This document shows positions 7,328 through 18,214 of a stretch of 64,000 bases of DNA, one piece after another. Position 1 is the first letter of the stretch. Every line of letters starts with the position of its first letter. This DNA is from an uncultured Gammaproteobacteria bacterium. Lineage in GTDB: Bacteria; Patescibacteriota; Patescibacteriia; UBA9570; XYC2-FULL-38-9. The stretch covers positions 148,467-212,466 of the forward strand of contig CAYFNF010000003.1 in NCBI GenBank assembly GCA_964344485.1, written 5' to 3'. The notes under the pieces are model-generated. The model was not told the origin of the DNA. It did not search any database and was given only the letters and a program-made list of their open reading frames with translations. A program made the translations under genes and the position numbers.

Positions 7328-8551
7328 TTATTTCATTCTGAACTTCTTCCATGGGCTCCACTTGCTCCACCCAGCATCATTGCCGCATCGCACTCTGAAA
7401 CGATAGTACTGTTTACTCTTCACGAATTTCTTTGACTTTTTCAGAAATTTTGAATTAGTAGTAAGTCCTTTAAACTTTTTCACAGATGTAAATTTCCCGT
7501 TTGCTTTCTTTTTTTGTAACACTGCTTGATAGGTATCGGCATTTGCTTTCGCTTTCCACCACAACTTTGCTGACTTCTTCTTTTTCTTTTTCACTTTCAG
7601 ATGCTTCTTTTTCTTGATCTTGCTTGGTGCAGTGAGTTCATTAATTGTAAAATTTGCTAATGCATAATCTTCTGCTGAATCTGCTGCGCCATCAGTGGTC
7701 ATAGCAACACTATGCGCTCCGGCAATCCCAGCAACAGCATCACTGATCAATAAATCATACGCATCTTCATTACTTTTAGCTACGTCGGTAAGGACCTCAC
7801 AACTGAGTACAGAATTCTGACTGAGGTCATACGTTAAAATCTCATCTAAAGTGCCTTTAGAATTGTCTATAGTTGCATCAGTTAGATCCCACCCTGATTC
7901 ACTAGGCGATTTATTCTCTGCAACAAACACAATGCTTAGCTCTTCTCCGCTAGATAATCCACGGCTAAGCGTAAAATAGAGTTCTAGATCCAGTGTAGAG
8001 CCGGCGGTTGCCTCAGTTGGAGAAACTGATAACGAACCTACGGCATTTCCAAGGCCTTGGATGGACACAGTATCATCAGTCATGGTTGCATTCGCACTTT
8101 CACTCAGAGGCTGCGTTGTAACTCCAAAGCGAATTGACGTTGCCTCATCAGGATTCACCGCATCTGCTAGGGTGACGGTATACTTGTCTGCGGGGAGTTT
8201 TGCGGATAACGTTAATACAGTGCCCCTGCCATCAAGCACTGGTGAAAAAATAAAATTGGAGTTGCCAATAGATCCCTCTGATGAAGGAACCACATTTTGT
8301 AAATTTACATACTCCGGACCGTCGTCTTCTGTAGAGAAAATTGAGATAGTTGAACCGCTGGGTAGATCTACGTTAGTAGTGACGGCGATAGTATACGTCT
8401 CGGTTTCCCCAGCAATAGAAGCTGTTGGTGCAGCGGATACTTCTGATATATTTGCATCTTCCGTTCCTTGCATGCTAAATGCTTGCGCAGATGATGGCGC
8501 GTACACCAGGACTGCTGCGATAGCGAGTGTAAGCAAGATTGTTTTTTTCAT
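7328..8551 (-). CDS. Secreted surface protein with a poly-lysine linker and a C-terminal fibronectin type III-like domain
   Basis: Signal peptide MKKTILLTLAIAAVLVYAPSSAQA. The body is S/T/D/E-rich. The linker is KIKKKKHLKVKKKKKKSAK. The FN3-like end is LWWKAKANADTYQ...YYRFRVRCGNDAGWSKWSPW. Confidence 0.7.
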   Translation of the reverse strand: MKKTILLTLAIAAVLVYAPSSAQAFSMQGTEDANISEVSAAPTASIAGETETYTIAVTTNVDLPSGSTISIFSTEDDGPEYVNLQNVVPSSEGSIGNSNFIFSPVLDGRGTVLTLSAKLPADKYTVTLADAVNPDEATSIRFGVTTQPLSESANATMTDDTVSIQGLGNAVGSLSVSPTEATAGSTLDLELYFTLSRGLSSGEELSIVFVAENKSPSESGWDLTDATIDNSKGTLDEILTYDLSQNSVLSCEVLTDVAKSNEDAYDLLISDAVAGIAGAHSVAMTTDGAADSAEDYALANFTINELTAPSKIKKKKHLKVKKKKKKSAKLWWKAKANADTYQAVLQKKKANGKFTSVKKFKGLTTNSKFLKKSKKFVKSKQYYRFRVRCGNDAGWSKWSPWKKFRMK

Positions 8552-8612
8552 ATGTATTCTTTATTGATTAAGTGTATAGTATAACAGAAAGCAATGCTTA
8601 AAAAAAGCTGCG

Positions 8613-9020
8613 CTATTTCATATTATACGATGCCTGGAGCCAGGATAATAATTCTTTATTAATGTCTTTCTTGCTTTTCAAATCAAGACAGATTTTATAG
8701 CTCTTTGCGGACAAAGGAACTACAGCTTTTATTCTTTGCTTGGCGATCTTCTGACTATAAATAAACCGGATCTCTAATCGGTCTTTTTTTGGTAGCGCTG
8801 CGAGAAAATCGAATGTGCCGAATAGGTGTACGCAACAAGGAATGGAAATAATCTTGCACTTTCCAATTTTACTGTTTATCTCCTTTACCAAATAATTAAA
8901 AAGCTCTTGGGCCACTGTTTTGTTCTTGAAATGCTCTTTGACATCTAGTCTTTGGCAGGTGTGTGGTTGTTTCGCTCTACGAAAAATACGTTCGCATTTA
9001 GGGCAGGTCCACATAAACAA
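8613..9020 (-). CDS. DUF5655-like small protein
   Basis: The N-terminal CPKCERIF..AKQPHTC followed by an alpha/beta region (FDFLAALPKKDRLEIRF) resembles the DUF5655 family layout. The start may be M3. Confidence 0.5.
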   Translation of the reverse strand: MFMWTCPKCERIFRRAKQPHTCQRLDVKEHFKNKTVAQELFNYLVKEINSKIGKCKIISIPCCVHLFGTFDFLAALPKKDRLEIRFIYSQKIAKQRIKAVVPLSAKSYKICLDLKSKKDINKELLSWLQASYNMK

Positions 9021-9070
9021 TTGCTCGTTTTACGGATTATTATTCTCAGTATATCATTTTTGTGCCATAT

Positions 9071-9091
9071 AAAAAACAGGGCGAGTCCCTG
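9071..9091 (-). terminator. Intrinsic terminator downstream of tRNA-Asn (hairpin usable on both strands)
   Basis: CAGGG-ACTCG-CCCTG followed by TTTTTT on the minus strand. Confidence 0.6.
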
Positions 9092-9101
9092 CTTTTATCT
9101 G

Positions 9102-9173
9102 CTCCGGGGGTGAGATTCGAACTCACGACCAATCGGTTAACAGCCGACTGCTCTACCACTGAGCTACCCCGGA
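9102..9173 (-). tRNA. tRNA-Asn (anticodon GTT)
   Basis: A 72-nt cloverleaf parsed by hand: TCCGGGG/TA/GCTC-AGTGGTA-GAGC/A/GTCGG-CTGTTAA-CCGAT/TGGTC/GTGAG-TTCGAAT-CTCAC/CCCCGGA/G. No CCA is encoded. Confidence 0.9.
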
Positions 9174-9240
9174 ATAATTCCTTTCTAAAAGAACACGGAC
9201 ATGAGTATATCGTACTCTTTTTTAAACGTCAATAGACTCT

Positions 9241-9915
9241 CTATTCGTCTTCGGATGCTGCTACTTCTTCTTTATACTCATCCAAAGTAATGCATGTTTG
9301 GTTTGCCCGGTCCCAACACTTACCTTCTCCACATGCGCAGTCATCAGTAGACCCTTGCCCACAGGTTAACCCTTCACCGCTGGCAATAGCTTCTTCTCGC
9401 GCTACCTGTGTTGCACAAGTGCCGGTGCATGTGGTGGGGTACTCAATCCAATCCCCGCCTTCAGCATTACATGCAGCAGCTTCTTCCTTGTCATGCTCTT
9501 TTGGGATTACGGTAAAATCCACAGGCGCTTCCTCTTCAACTGGTTCATCCGGCGTCTCAATTGCCATCTTGTACTCTTCCATTGTCATACAAGCTTCATG
9601 AATATCGTTCCAGCATAGGTTGTTACCGCAATCACAAGATACCCTCTCGGAAAACCCACATATAGGGTCATTTGTTTCGTTGAACACCGCTTCTCTGCAC
9701 GTATCAGTACAGCCAGAAAACAGTTCCCACGAACCTCCTGAATCTACACATCCTTCTATTTGGTCCCTGGTGGCGGTACCGCCTTTTTCTGCTTGCTTTA
9801 TCGCGTACGAAGTTGAGTTGTAATAGATGAAAAGACCGATAAAAACCAATGCTGATATTGCAAAAACAGTTATGACAGTAGCTATCAATATCACATCCAA
9901 TGGAGGGCGCTTCAT
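9241..9915 (-). CDS. Membrane-anchored extracellular protein with two 8-Cys modules
   Basis: N-terminal TM anchor (VILIATVITVFAISALVFIGLFIY). Two homologous modules follow the pattern C..GG.W......C...C....C..C.CG...CW....C.t.-EYK, separated by an acidic linker. Confidence 0.65.
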   Translation of the reverse strand: MKRPPLDVILIATVITVFAISALVFIGLFIYYNSTSYAIKQAEKGGTATRDQIEGCVDSGGSWELFSGCTDTCREAVFNETNDPICGFSERVSCDCGNNLCWNDIHEACMTMEEYKMAIETPDEPVEEEAPVDFTVIPKEHDKEEAAACNAEGGDWIEYPTTCTGTCATQVAREEAIASGEGLTCGQGSTDDCACGEGKCWDRANQTCITLDEYKEEVAASEDE

Positions 9916-9925
9916 ACCGTTCTTT

Positions 9926-11320
<1,395 letters not shown>

Positions 11321-11323
11321 ACG

Positions 11324-13114
11324 TTATCCTAACTTTCGTAAAGATTCCGTGAGTACACGAAATTCTTCTGAAAGCTGCTCGATCGTAGCATTATCATTAC
11401 TTTGTTCAGCTGTTGCAAGATCCTGTTCGATCTTCTTCAGCTGTCGTTGTATGCGAAATCGCTCTAAGCTTTCTAATAGAGTGAGCAGTTCTTGTTGTAT
11501 TTCTCTTGTTTCACGCTCACTATAGAGCTCTTCTCCGATGAGTTGAAGTTGCTGCCATTTGGATGACAATTGTGATGATTCAAACTCAACTGCATCTGGA
11601 GAAAAAGTACCTGCTTGATTATAATGGGATTCTATTTTTTTGTAAAGGTCTTGGAGTTCAGGGTCATGAATCGTATCTGACCGGACTTTCTCAGCAATCG
11701 CTGTAAATTCATCAGGTTTTACAGTAATTAGGGCAAGTAATCGCTCGACAGTCATATATTCCCGGTTGGGTTTTACTGTTTTTTGTGGTGTTTCTGTTGC
11801 ATCGCCCTTTGAGCCTCGCGCTTGGCTTTTTTGTTGTTTCTTGTTCATACTGCCTATCTTCTCTTGTAGTACGTCTGGGGTTACATCCAGAACCTCAGCG
11901 AGTTTTTTTACATAATGTGTTTGCTCAATTCTATCAGGGAACAGCGCAAGCATGGGCAGAAGCTCTTGTGCTGCCTTTTTCTTGTGATGCACATTGGTGA
12001 GATCAAGTGGCTCTAGAACAGAATCAAATGCATACTCCATGAACGGTTTTGCGTTTACAGCTCGATCGCGGAACTCTTGCGGGTCTTTCTTGATTAGATC
12101 GTCTGGATCTTGGCCTGGCGGAAGAATAAGGACTTTGATATTCATTCCTTGCTGGATCGCGAGCTGCATTCCTCGCCATGCAGCAGAGAGTCCTGCGGTG
12201 TCAGCGTCGAACGCTAAAATCACATTCGCAGAGTAGCGCTTGAGTAAACGGACCTGCTCTTCAGTGAGCGCGGTCCCGGATGCAGAGACCACGTTGCGGA
12301 ATTTCGCTTGATACGCAGTGATCACATCGGTGTAGCCTTCTACAATAACGGTCGCGTCCATCTTCTGAATATACTTCTTTGCCAAATGCAATCCATACAG
12401 TACTGCGCTCTTGTTATAAACCGGGGTCTGCGGAGAATTAATATACTTTGCTTCTTTCTCTTCTGGATTTAACGTGCGTCCGCCGAATCCAATGATGTTT
12501 CCATGTGCATTGTGAATAGGAAATAGTAACCGGCCACGAAATCGGTCGTAATACCCGCCGGTTTTCTCTGACGGCACAATCAGTCCGCTGCGTTCAATCT
12601 CCTTCTCTTTATAACCGTTCTTTTTTAAGTGATTCATCAACGCGTCCCATGAGTCCAAGCTGTAGCCGATCTGAAACAACTCAACCGTCTCTTTTTGAAT
12701 TCCCCGGTCAGTAATATACCTTCGAGCGTTCTCTGCTTCTTGTGCGTTTTGTAGCTGTGCTTGAAAGAAAGAATTTGCTTCTTTGAGGCAGTCCAGGAGA
12801 CGTGTCTTTTCATTATGTTCTCTTGGATTTGTTGGTCGTAACTCCACATTTGCTTTCTGTGCAAGAATACGCAATGCTTCTGCGAATTCTATAGATTCAA
12901 TCTCTTGGACGAACGTAAAGAGGTCGCCACCCTTGCCACATCCAAAACAGTGGAACATCTGCTTGGGTTCAGAGACCATAAAACTCGGTGTTTTCTCATT
13001 ATGGAATGGGCACCGTGCTTTGTGATTTGCGCCTGCTTTTTTTAGTGAAACGTACTCTTGGACTACGTCCACTATGTTCAAGCGTTCTTTGATCTCCTCG
13101 ACTGGTGTAGGCAT
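11324..13114 (-). CDS. dnaG: DNA primase
   Basis: Zinc ribbon CPFHNEKTPSF...CFGCGKGGD, RNA polymerase core, and TOPRIM motifs VIVEGYTDV and AFDADTAG. 596 aa. Confidence 0.95.
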   Translation of the reverse strand: MPTPVEEIKERLNIVDVVQEYVSLKKAGANHKARCPFHNEKTPSFMVSEPKQMFHCFGCGKGGDLFTFVQEIESIEFAEALRILAQKANVELRPTNPREHNEKTRLLDCLKEANSFFQAQLQNAQEAENARRYITDRGIQKETVELFQIGYSLDSWDALMNHLKKNGYKEKEIERSGLIVPSEKTGGYYDRFRGRLLFPIHNAHGNIIGFGGRTLNPEEKEAKYINSPQTPVYNKSAVLYGLHLAKKYIQKMDATVIVEGYTDVITAYQAKFRNVVSASGTALTEEQVRLLKRYSANVILAFDADTAGLSAAWRGMQLAIQQGMNIKVLILPPGQDPDDLIKKDPQEFRDRAVNAKPFMEYAFDSVLEPLDLTNVHHKKKAAQELLPMLALFPDRIEQTHYVKKLAEVLDVTPDVLQEKIGSMNKKQQKSQARGSKGDATETPQKTVKPNREYMTVERLLALITVKPDEFTAIAEKVRSDTIHDPELQDLYKKIESHYNQAGTFSPDAVEFESSQLSSKWQQLQLIGEELYSERETREIQQELLTLLESLERFRIQRQLKKIEQDLATAEQSNDNATIEQLSEEFRVLTESLRKLG

Positions 13115-13133
13115 ATCAGTACATAGACACTAC

Positions 13134-13160
13134 CAGAAAAACCGCTGTATTGACAAGCGG
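13134..13160 (-). terminator. Intrinsic terminator after the 13197-13892 gene
   Basis: CCGCT-TGTCAATAC-AGCGG followed by TTTTT on the minus strand. Confidence 0.45.
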
Positions 13161-13196
13161 CTTTATGAGGACAGATTGGGGATTTCCGGAAATATA

Positions 13197-13892
13197 TTAT
13201 GCAATTTTTGTGCCAAGTACCTTCTTTATTAGCACCGCACCATACATGATTGCGGTCATGATGGCCAATAGAATTGCGGCGATACTCAGAGCAAAAGCAA
13301 CAAATGAATTAATACCAGCGAGCTGAGGGATAAACACTGATGCAAGAATATATAGCACAAGAATTACTGCAACATTCTTAATGTCTTGTTTGGACGGAGC
13401 GAACGTTGCTAGGACGTTAATGAGACAAAACAGATAGACCCAGAACTTCCATGTGGCTAGCGCTGCCCACTGAAAGAACAGTGCTGGATGAATCATGCTT
13501 TTTACCAGTGTATACGTTGCGCTCCAGTCGCTATTCATTGCCACACGCATGAGCTCTTTGAAATCCATCCATGTTAGAGAGAAATACCAAAATGAAAGCA
13601 CTATCAAAAGTACGGTACCGACAAACAGCGGTGCTAAAGAGATGATGAATGCTCCAAGCAACGGAATGGGTGACTTTCCATGACGCACATGACCTTCTTG
13701 CCACCCGACTTTAAACTCAGATACAGGTGCGCGCATGAGCTTACATCCAATATAATGTGATGCTTCATGCACAAATACGCCCGGCCATAGCAGCCAACGA
13801 AAGATCTTGAGCCGCAACAACTGCAAATTGAAGAAGTAGCTCACTACCTCTATTCCGATGAACAAACTGACGACGATAATAAGAGGAATCAT
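13197..13892 (-). CDS. Polytopic membrane protein with an HExxH motif (putative membrane metallopeptidase-like)
   Basis: 231 aa with about 6 TM segments. VFVHEASHYIGC lies next to TM2. Confidence 0.55.
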   Translation of the reverse strand: MIPLIIVVSLFIGIEVVSYFFNLQLLRLKIFRWLLWPGVFVHEASHYIGCKLMRAPVSEFKVGWQEGHVRHGKSPIPLLGAFIISLAPLFVGTVLLIVLSFWYFSLTWMDFKELMRVAMNSDWSATYTLVKSMIHPALFFQWAALATWKFWVYLFCLINVLATFAPSKQDIKNVAVILVLYILASVFIPQLAGINSFVAFALSIAAILLAIMTAIMYGAVLIKKVLGTKIA

Positions 13893-13896
13893 ATGT

Positions 13897-14469
13897 TTAG
13901 AATCCTAATTCATCAGCGATTTCTTGCATGGCAGCAATCGCGAGTGTGAAGAACTCGCTGCGCTCTAGTCCTGTTTTCTCTATATCGTTTATTAAATCTC
14001 GATTCACCTTAGCTGCAAAAGACTTATCTTTGAATTTCTTCGTAATGGACTTCGCTTTTACTCCTTCCAACTTCTTATCTGGACGCATTAAGGTGTACGC
14101 AACGATAAGACCAGTCAAGTTCTCAGCTGCTGATAGGCAATAATCAAGCTTGGATTCGCGCGCTACTTTAGTGTATTCCTCATTATGAGAGAGAATCGCT
14201 TGCTTCATCTCATCCGGAATCGCAAGTCCAGCGTCAGTCAATATTTGAATAGTCGTCGGCCCGTGCGCATCAGCATTGTTCTCGCCAGTTTGTTCAAAAT
14301 CTAGATCATGCAGCAAGCCAGTCACACCCCAGAACTCTTCATCCTCTTCAAAGTGCTTTGCGAGCGCGCGCATAATGACCTCGGTCTCACGTGAATGCTT
14401 GAGCATGAAATCTTCTTTCAAGTGCTCTGTAAGAAGGTCCTGTGCTTGTTCGATCGTTGGATAATTCAT
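13897..14469 (-). CDS. HD domain-containing hydrolase
   Basis: H...HD signature (LKHSRE...GLLHDLD). The start is set at M25 of the ORF-track model (MNYPTIEQ) because the upstream 24 codons would run into tRNA-Ser. Confidence 0.7.
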   Translation of the reverse strand: MNYPTIEQAQDLLTEHLKEDFMLKHSRETEVIMRALAKHFEEDEEFWGVTGLLHDLDFEQTGENNADAHGPTTIQILTDAGLAIPDEMKQAILSHNEEYTKVARESKLDYCLSAAENLTGLIVAYTLMRPDKKLEGVKAKSITKKFKDKSFAAKVNRDLINDIEKTGLERSEFFTLAIAAMQEIADELGF

Positions 14470-14488
14470 AGTTATTTTGCTAATGATG

Positions 14489-14573
14489 CGGTGGGAATGG
14501 GATTTGAACCCATGGTACATTTCTGCACACACGCACTCCAAGCGTGCGCCTTAAACCACTCGGCCATCCCACC
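14489..14573 (-). tRNA. tRNA-Ser (anticodon GGA)
   Basis: An 85-nt class II tRNA: GGTGGGA/TG/GCC-GAGTGGTTTAA-GGC/G/CACGC-TTGGAGT-GCGTG/long variable arm/ATGGG-TTCAAAT-CCCAT/TCCCACC/G. Confidence 0.9.
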
Positions 14574-14670
14574 ATATATTGTTTCAGTCCGCGTGCCAGG
14601 TCAGCCGACCAGAGCAAAGGACGCCTCTGTACAATAAAAGGCTTTGATTGTCCAGTCAAGCGCTGAGAAG

Positions 14671-17600
14671 CTATTCACTAGCCTGTTCCGCGCTTGGAAG
14701 CACAAATTCCATAATCGCGGCTCTCCTATATGTGTTGTAATCACTCAGCTTTCCACCGAATGAATCACTATATTGATATTCGTTCTGTGTACGTGCAATA
14801 TACATATCTCGCTCCTCTCCTTTGTTCTCTTCAGTATCTCCGCGAACAGTTGCACCGCGACGCGCCGCTTCTTCATAGAATGCTTGTAACGCCTGTTCGC
14901 ACCATACATGTGGAGTGATGGACACACTCGCTCCACAACTCTCTGCTTTATTAAATGCGAGCTGAGCAAATGCTTGATAGACACGCGGATGATCGATGGT
15001 TTTGTATGCAGGTTCAAGGAATAGTGTCGGATGCTCACCTTCTGTATTAGTTTCTCGAATCTGAGTAATACGCTCTACACATCGCAGTAGTATCTCGCCT
15101 TCTTCACCGCGTACATTAATTCCTTTTTTATTTGCATCCACAACATACGACAATAAGCATTCGTTGTATGCACCGCGCTTCCAGCTCTGGCACGTTTCAG
15201 ATGGTTCGGTTCCTAGTCTAATCATGCGTAATTCATCATCAAACTCCTCAGCTGTGACCGTTCCAACTTCGCTGACCGTGAATGGACGGTATAGCTGGTT
15301 CACGTCCGACGCGACTTGATGAAGACTCGCTGCTTCGCACTGCTGTTGCAAGCGCATGGCCATTCGCAGGACTGCACCACGTTCCAGAGGAGTGGCAGTA
15401 AGCTGCTCTCTGACTGCAGCGAGTTGGCGGGCGATCGCTGTAACTGCATCATCATCCGTGCGATCTGCGGTGAACTCTGCAAAATGTGCATCTGCATCAT
15501 CGAGCAGCCCGAGTGCAGCGGAACGTTGCTGCTCTAATAAGTCCTGCTCTTCATCTGAACGCTCTACTTGCACAGCGTCTTCGGTCTCAATCCAATGTTC
15601 ACGCTGATCACCTAGGAAACCAATCTGATCTTCTGCGCACTCATGCGTATATTTCCAAGAGGCAAAATCTCCCACTACATGATGTTCAATCACGCTACGC
15701 AACGCCTCGACTGGATCATCAACTTTCTTTGCTTCAAATGAGAGCAATAGGGTAGTACTCATATCTAGGAAGCCTGAACGATCATGCGCATCAATATTAT
15801 CTGCAATCGCATGACCGATCTCTGCGCTCACTCCGAGACGATCAGTAAGTACCGTAGCAACTCGGTCTCTGTAGTGTTCAGTTGGGCCAACCAATCCAGT
15901 TAATTCTTGCTCTTCTTTTATCAGTGCTCGTCGTCTGGTGCGAATTGCTTTACGTGTAGGTGGATCCAATCTCGGTAGAATCAATTCGATATTAGCAAGC
16001 GCTGCGCGAATTGCCTCTAAACGTTCAGTTGGATCATAGTCATACTCCATGCATCCAAACCGTTCTAGCATTTCAAACGAACGAAACATCTCTCGAACAC
16101 GTCGTGGATCATCACGTGTATCACGGTAACGCTGCATCATATCCTGAAGAACAGCAGCTCCTTGTTCACCTTGTGCTCGCATACGCAGGAATCCTTGCAA
16201 CAGAATACCCCTACTTTGATGAGATCTCCGTACTTTCTTGTGCGCCAAGAGCCGGCGAAAATTATCCATTGCATCCCCTTCTTCCTGTCCAATTGCTTCT
16301 TGCCCTATTTGTTCCATAAACTCAGGGTTAGCAGCGAGCGCAGCAGTTAAACCATGTATAGTCCACCACGGCGTCATGTCTCTGGCTTCTAGTACTCTAC
16401 GCTCTACTTCTTCGCGCTGTCGAAGTAGTATTCCGACAGAAGTACCATCCGGTAACAGCCCGGCCACAAATGCACTGCGCTCAGGCATGTCCATAAAGCT
16501 AAACATCTCTGGTACTTCAGTGTCAGAGAACAGATCTGCGAGTTGAGCGCGCGCTACAAAGAACTCGCCTTTTGACAGCAAACGAGTCCGTCCATATACA
16601 TCACTTGTTTCTTGATAGAGTACAGAATCTTCATCTACCATCTGTGCGATTAATGCACGTTCAATGCCAGGCATCGCTTCTAAATGCGCGCGTCCTTCCT
16701 CTGACTGAGCCAATCGTCTAATAATAGAAAATATCAGCACCGTGGTATGACCGGATCCAGCATAGAAGATATGCTCTAATAGCGGCTCGATAGCTTTAGG
16801 ATTTCCTAGTTTTCCTAGGTCCATCGCTGCATCTGTACCGTGGCCAGATTCGCGTCCACCTGGACGAATCATATCCCGCATCAGAGTTTCAATGAGAAAC
16901 TCTTCGAACTCTTCGAACTCTTCATCAGTCGCAATAGCTGCGACTTCAGGGTCGTCACGTAATAGACGTATGCGCTGTGTTCCACGTAGAATTTTTATCA
17001 GCTCATCATTGTTCCCGACATGTTGAATTGCGTCATCACGCAACGATCTACGTTGATGTTTAATAGCTGCGGTAGGGCGATCGTACGGTACAACTTCACG
17101 GTTAAAGTCACGATGCGCTCGCCAGTCAGCAAACAAACGCAAGAGATTCCTGGTTTGTTGGTTTGGATTCTCCCAGTTCGATCGGTCGATATCGCTGGGT
17201 GCCCACTCTACAGCCCTTCTCAGCTCTCTGTCTCTATCGTGCAGCATCATAAATCGATCACCAGGGCGGCGCGGAAATTCATCAGTAAGTGCACGGCCAG
17301 CTCTATCCTCCCATCCATTAAAGGTCTGCACTCGCTCACCACCGATGCGCAGATCATCTGGGTGCCTGCTATTACCATCATTCGTCAGTAGCGCGACGAC
17401 CGCTTGTTCCCACTGTCTGATCTGCGGTTCAAGGCCAGGATGCCTCTCTAATAGCTCATCCACAATTGGTTGAATATGCATTTCTCGTAACCGAGCATTA
17501 ATACGATCATGCAGCTCTGTACTCCCCGCAAGGGCATAGAGCTGCTCCTGTTGCTCGACGATCTCGGCTGTACGCTGCTGTGCTTCAGCATACAACCGAT

Positions 17601-18210
17601 CATCAATCACTTCTCTTGCACTCTCTCGTGCTGAACCCAAACTACGACGTCCTTGTCGCGATGAAACACCCTGGTCTGTTTGCAGATCTGCAACTGCTTC
17701 ACGAATGAGCTCCACAATGCGTTCATGTGCTTGCAATTGCGCTACTGCACGTTTGTGTGCTCTACTACATGTTCTGACCAACCAATGTGCTCCTGATAAC
17801 TGACGGGTACGAGCCTGCATCGCTCCGCTTATAACTGCAAGATTGCTTTCAAACGTACGTTCAAACGGCAATTCCACCACAGTAACGTCATACATGCTTA
17901 AGGTGTCAAGTGCTATCTCCTCCCATTCTGTTAAGAATTGAGCGTACTCCTGCTCTATTGCCTGCAATTCCTGTTCGAGCGCTTCTAGGCTTGCTTCAAG
18001 GTGCGCGTTCATTTCATCGTAACTCTCGCCTTGGAATACTTCACGTGCAGCAAGTAGTTCTTCTACACGCTGAGCCACTCCTTCTATGCGTTGCTGCACC
18101 CCTTGAAATCGTTCAAGCATAGCTCTGCCACGTTCAACAAACTGCTCATGATGTTCATGGTACTGAGCCTCTATTGGTGTTTGGTGATTTTCGCGAATAG
18201 GTGCATTCAT
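14671..18210 (-). CDS. Giant hypothetical protein (1179 aa), acidic and helical, with no signal peptide
   Basis: Uninterrupted ORF whose ATG lies 4 nt after the stop of the 1849-aa gene. The only hint is one HEAT/PBS-lyase-like stretch (DLGKLGNPKAIEPLLEHI). No TM segments. Confidence 0.75.
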   Translation of the reverse strand: MNAPIRENHQTPIEAQYHEHHEQFVERGRAMLERFQGVQQRIEGVAQRVEELLAAREVFQGESYDEMNAHLEASLEALEQELQAIEQEYAQFLTEWEEIALDTLSMYDVTVVELPFERTFESNLAVISGAMQARTRQLSGAHWLVRTCSRAHKRAVAQLQAHERIVELIREAVADLQTDQGVSSRQGRRSLGSARESAREVIDDRLYAEAQQRTAEIVEQQEQLYALAGSTELHDRINARLREMHIQPIVDELLERHPGLEPQIRQWEQAVVALLTNDGNSRHPDDLRIGGERVQTFNGWEDRAGRALTDEFPRRPGDRFMMLHDRDRELRRAVEWAPSDIDRSNWENPNQQTRNLLRLFADWRAHRDFNREVVPYDRPTAAIKHQRRSLRDDAIQHVGNNDELIKILRGTQRIRLLRDDPEVAAIATDEEFEEFEEFLIETLMRDMIRPGGRESGHGTDAAMDLGKLGNPKAIEPLLEHIFYAGSGHTTVLIFSIIRRLAQSEEGRAHLEAMPGIERALIAQMVDEDSVLYQETSDVYGRTRLLSKGEFFVARAQLADLFSDTEVPEMFSFMDMPERSAFVAGLLPDGTSVGILLRQREEVERRVLEARDMTPWWTIHGLTAALAANPEFMEQIGQEAIGQEEGDAMDNFRRLLAHKKVRRSHQSRGILLQGFLRMRAQGEQGAAVLQDMMQRYRDTRDDPRRVREMFRSFEMLERFGCMEYDYDPTERLEAIRAALANIELILPRLDPPTRKAIRTRRRALIKEEQELTGLVGPTEHYRDRVATVLTDRLGVSAEIGHAIADNIDAHDRSGFLDMSTTLLLSFEAKKVDDPVEALRSVIEHHVVGDFASWKYTHECAEDQIGFLGDQREHWIETEDAVQVERSDEEQDLLEQQRSAALGLLDDADAHFAEFTADRTDDDAVTAIARQLAAVREQLTATPLERGAVLRMAMRLQQQCEAASLHQVASDVNQLYRPFTVSEVGTVTAEEFDDELRMIRLGTEPSETCQSWKRGAYNECLLSYVVDANKKGINVRGEEGEILLRCVERITQIRETNTEGEHPTLFLEPAYKTIDHPRVYQAFAQLAFNKAESCGASVSITPHVWCEQALQAFYEEAARRGATVRGDTEENKGEERDMYIARTQNEYQYSDSFGGKLSDYNTYRRAAIMEFVLPSAEQASE

Positions 18211-18214
18211 ATAT

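Noticed and set aside
14395-14637. An 80-aa plus-strand ORF, and the first 24 codons of ORF 13897-14541.
   Set aside because: They overlap tRNA-Ser(GGA). The HD-domain gene has a good internal start at 14469.
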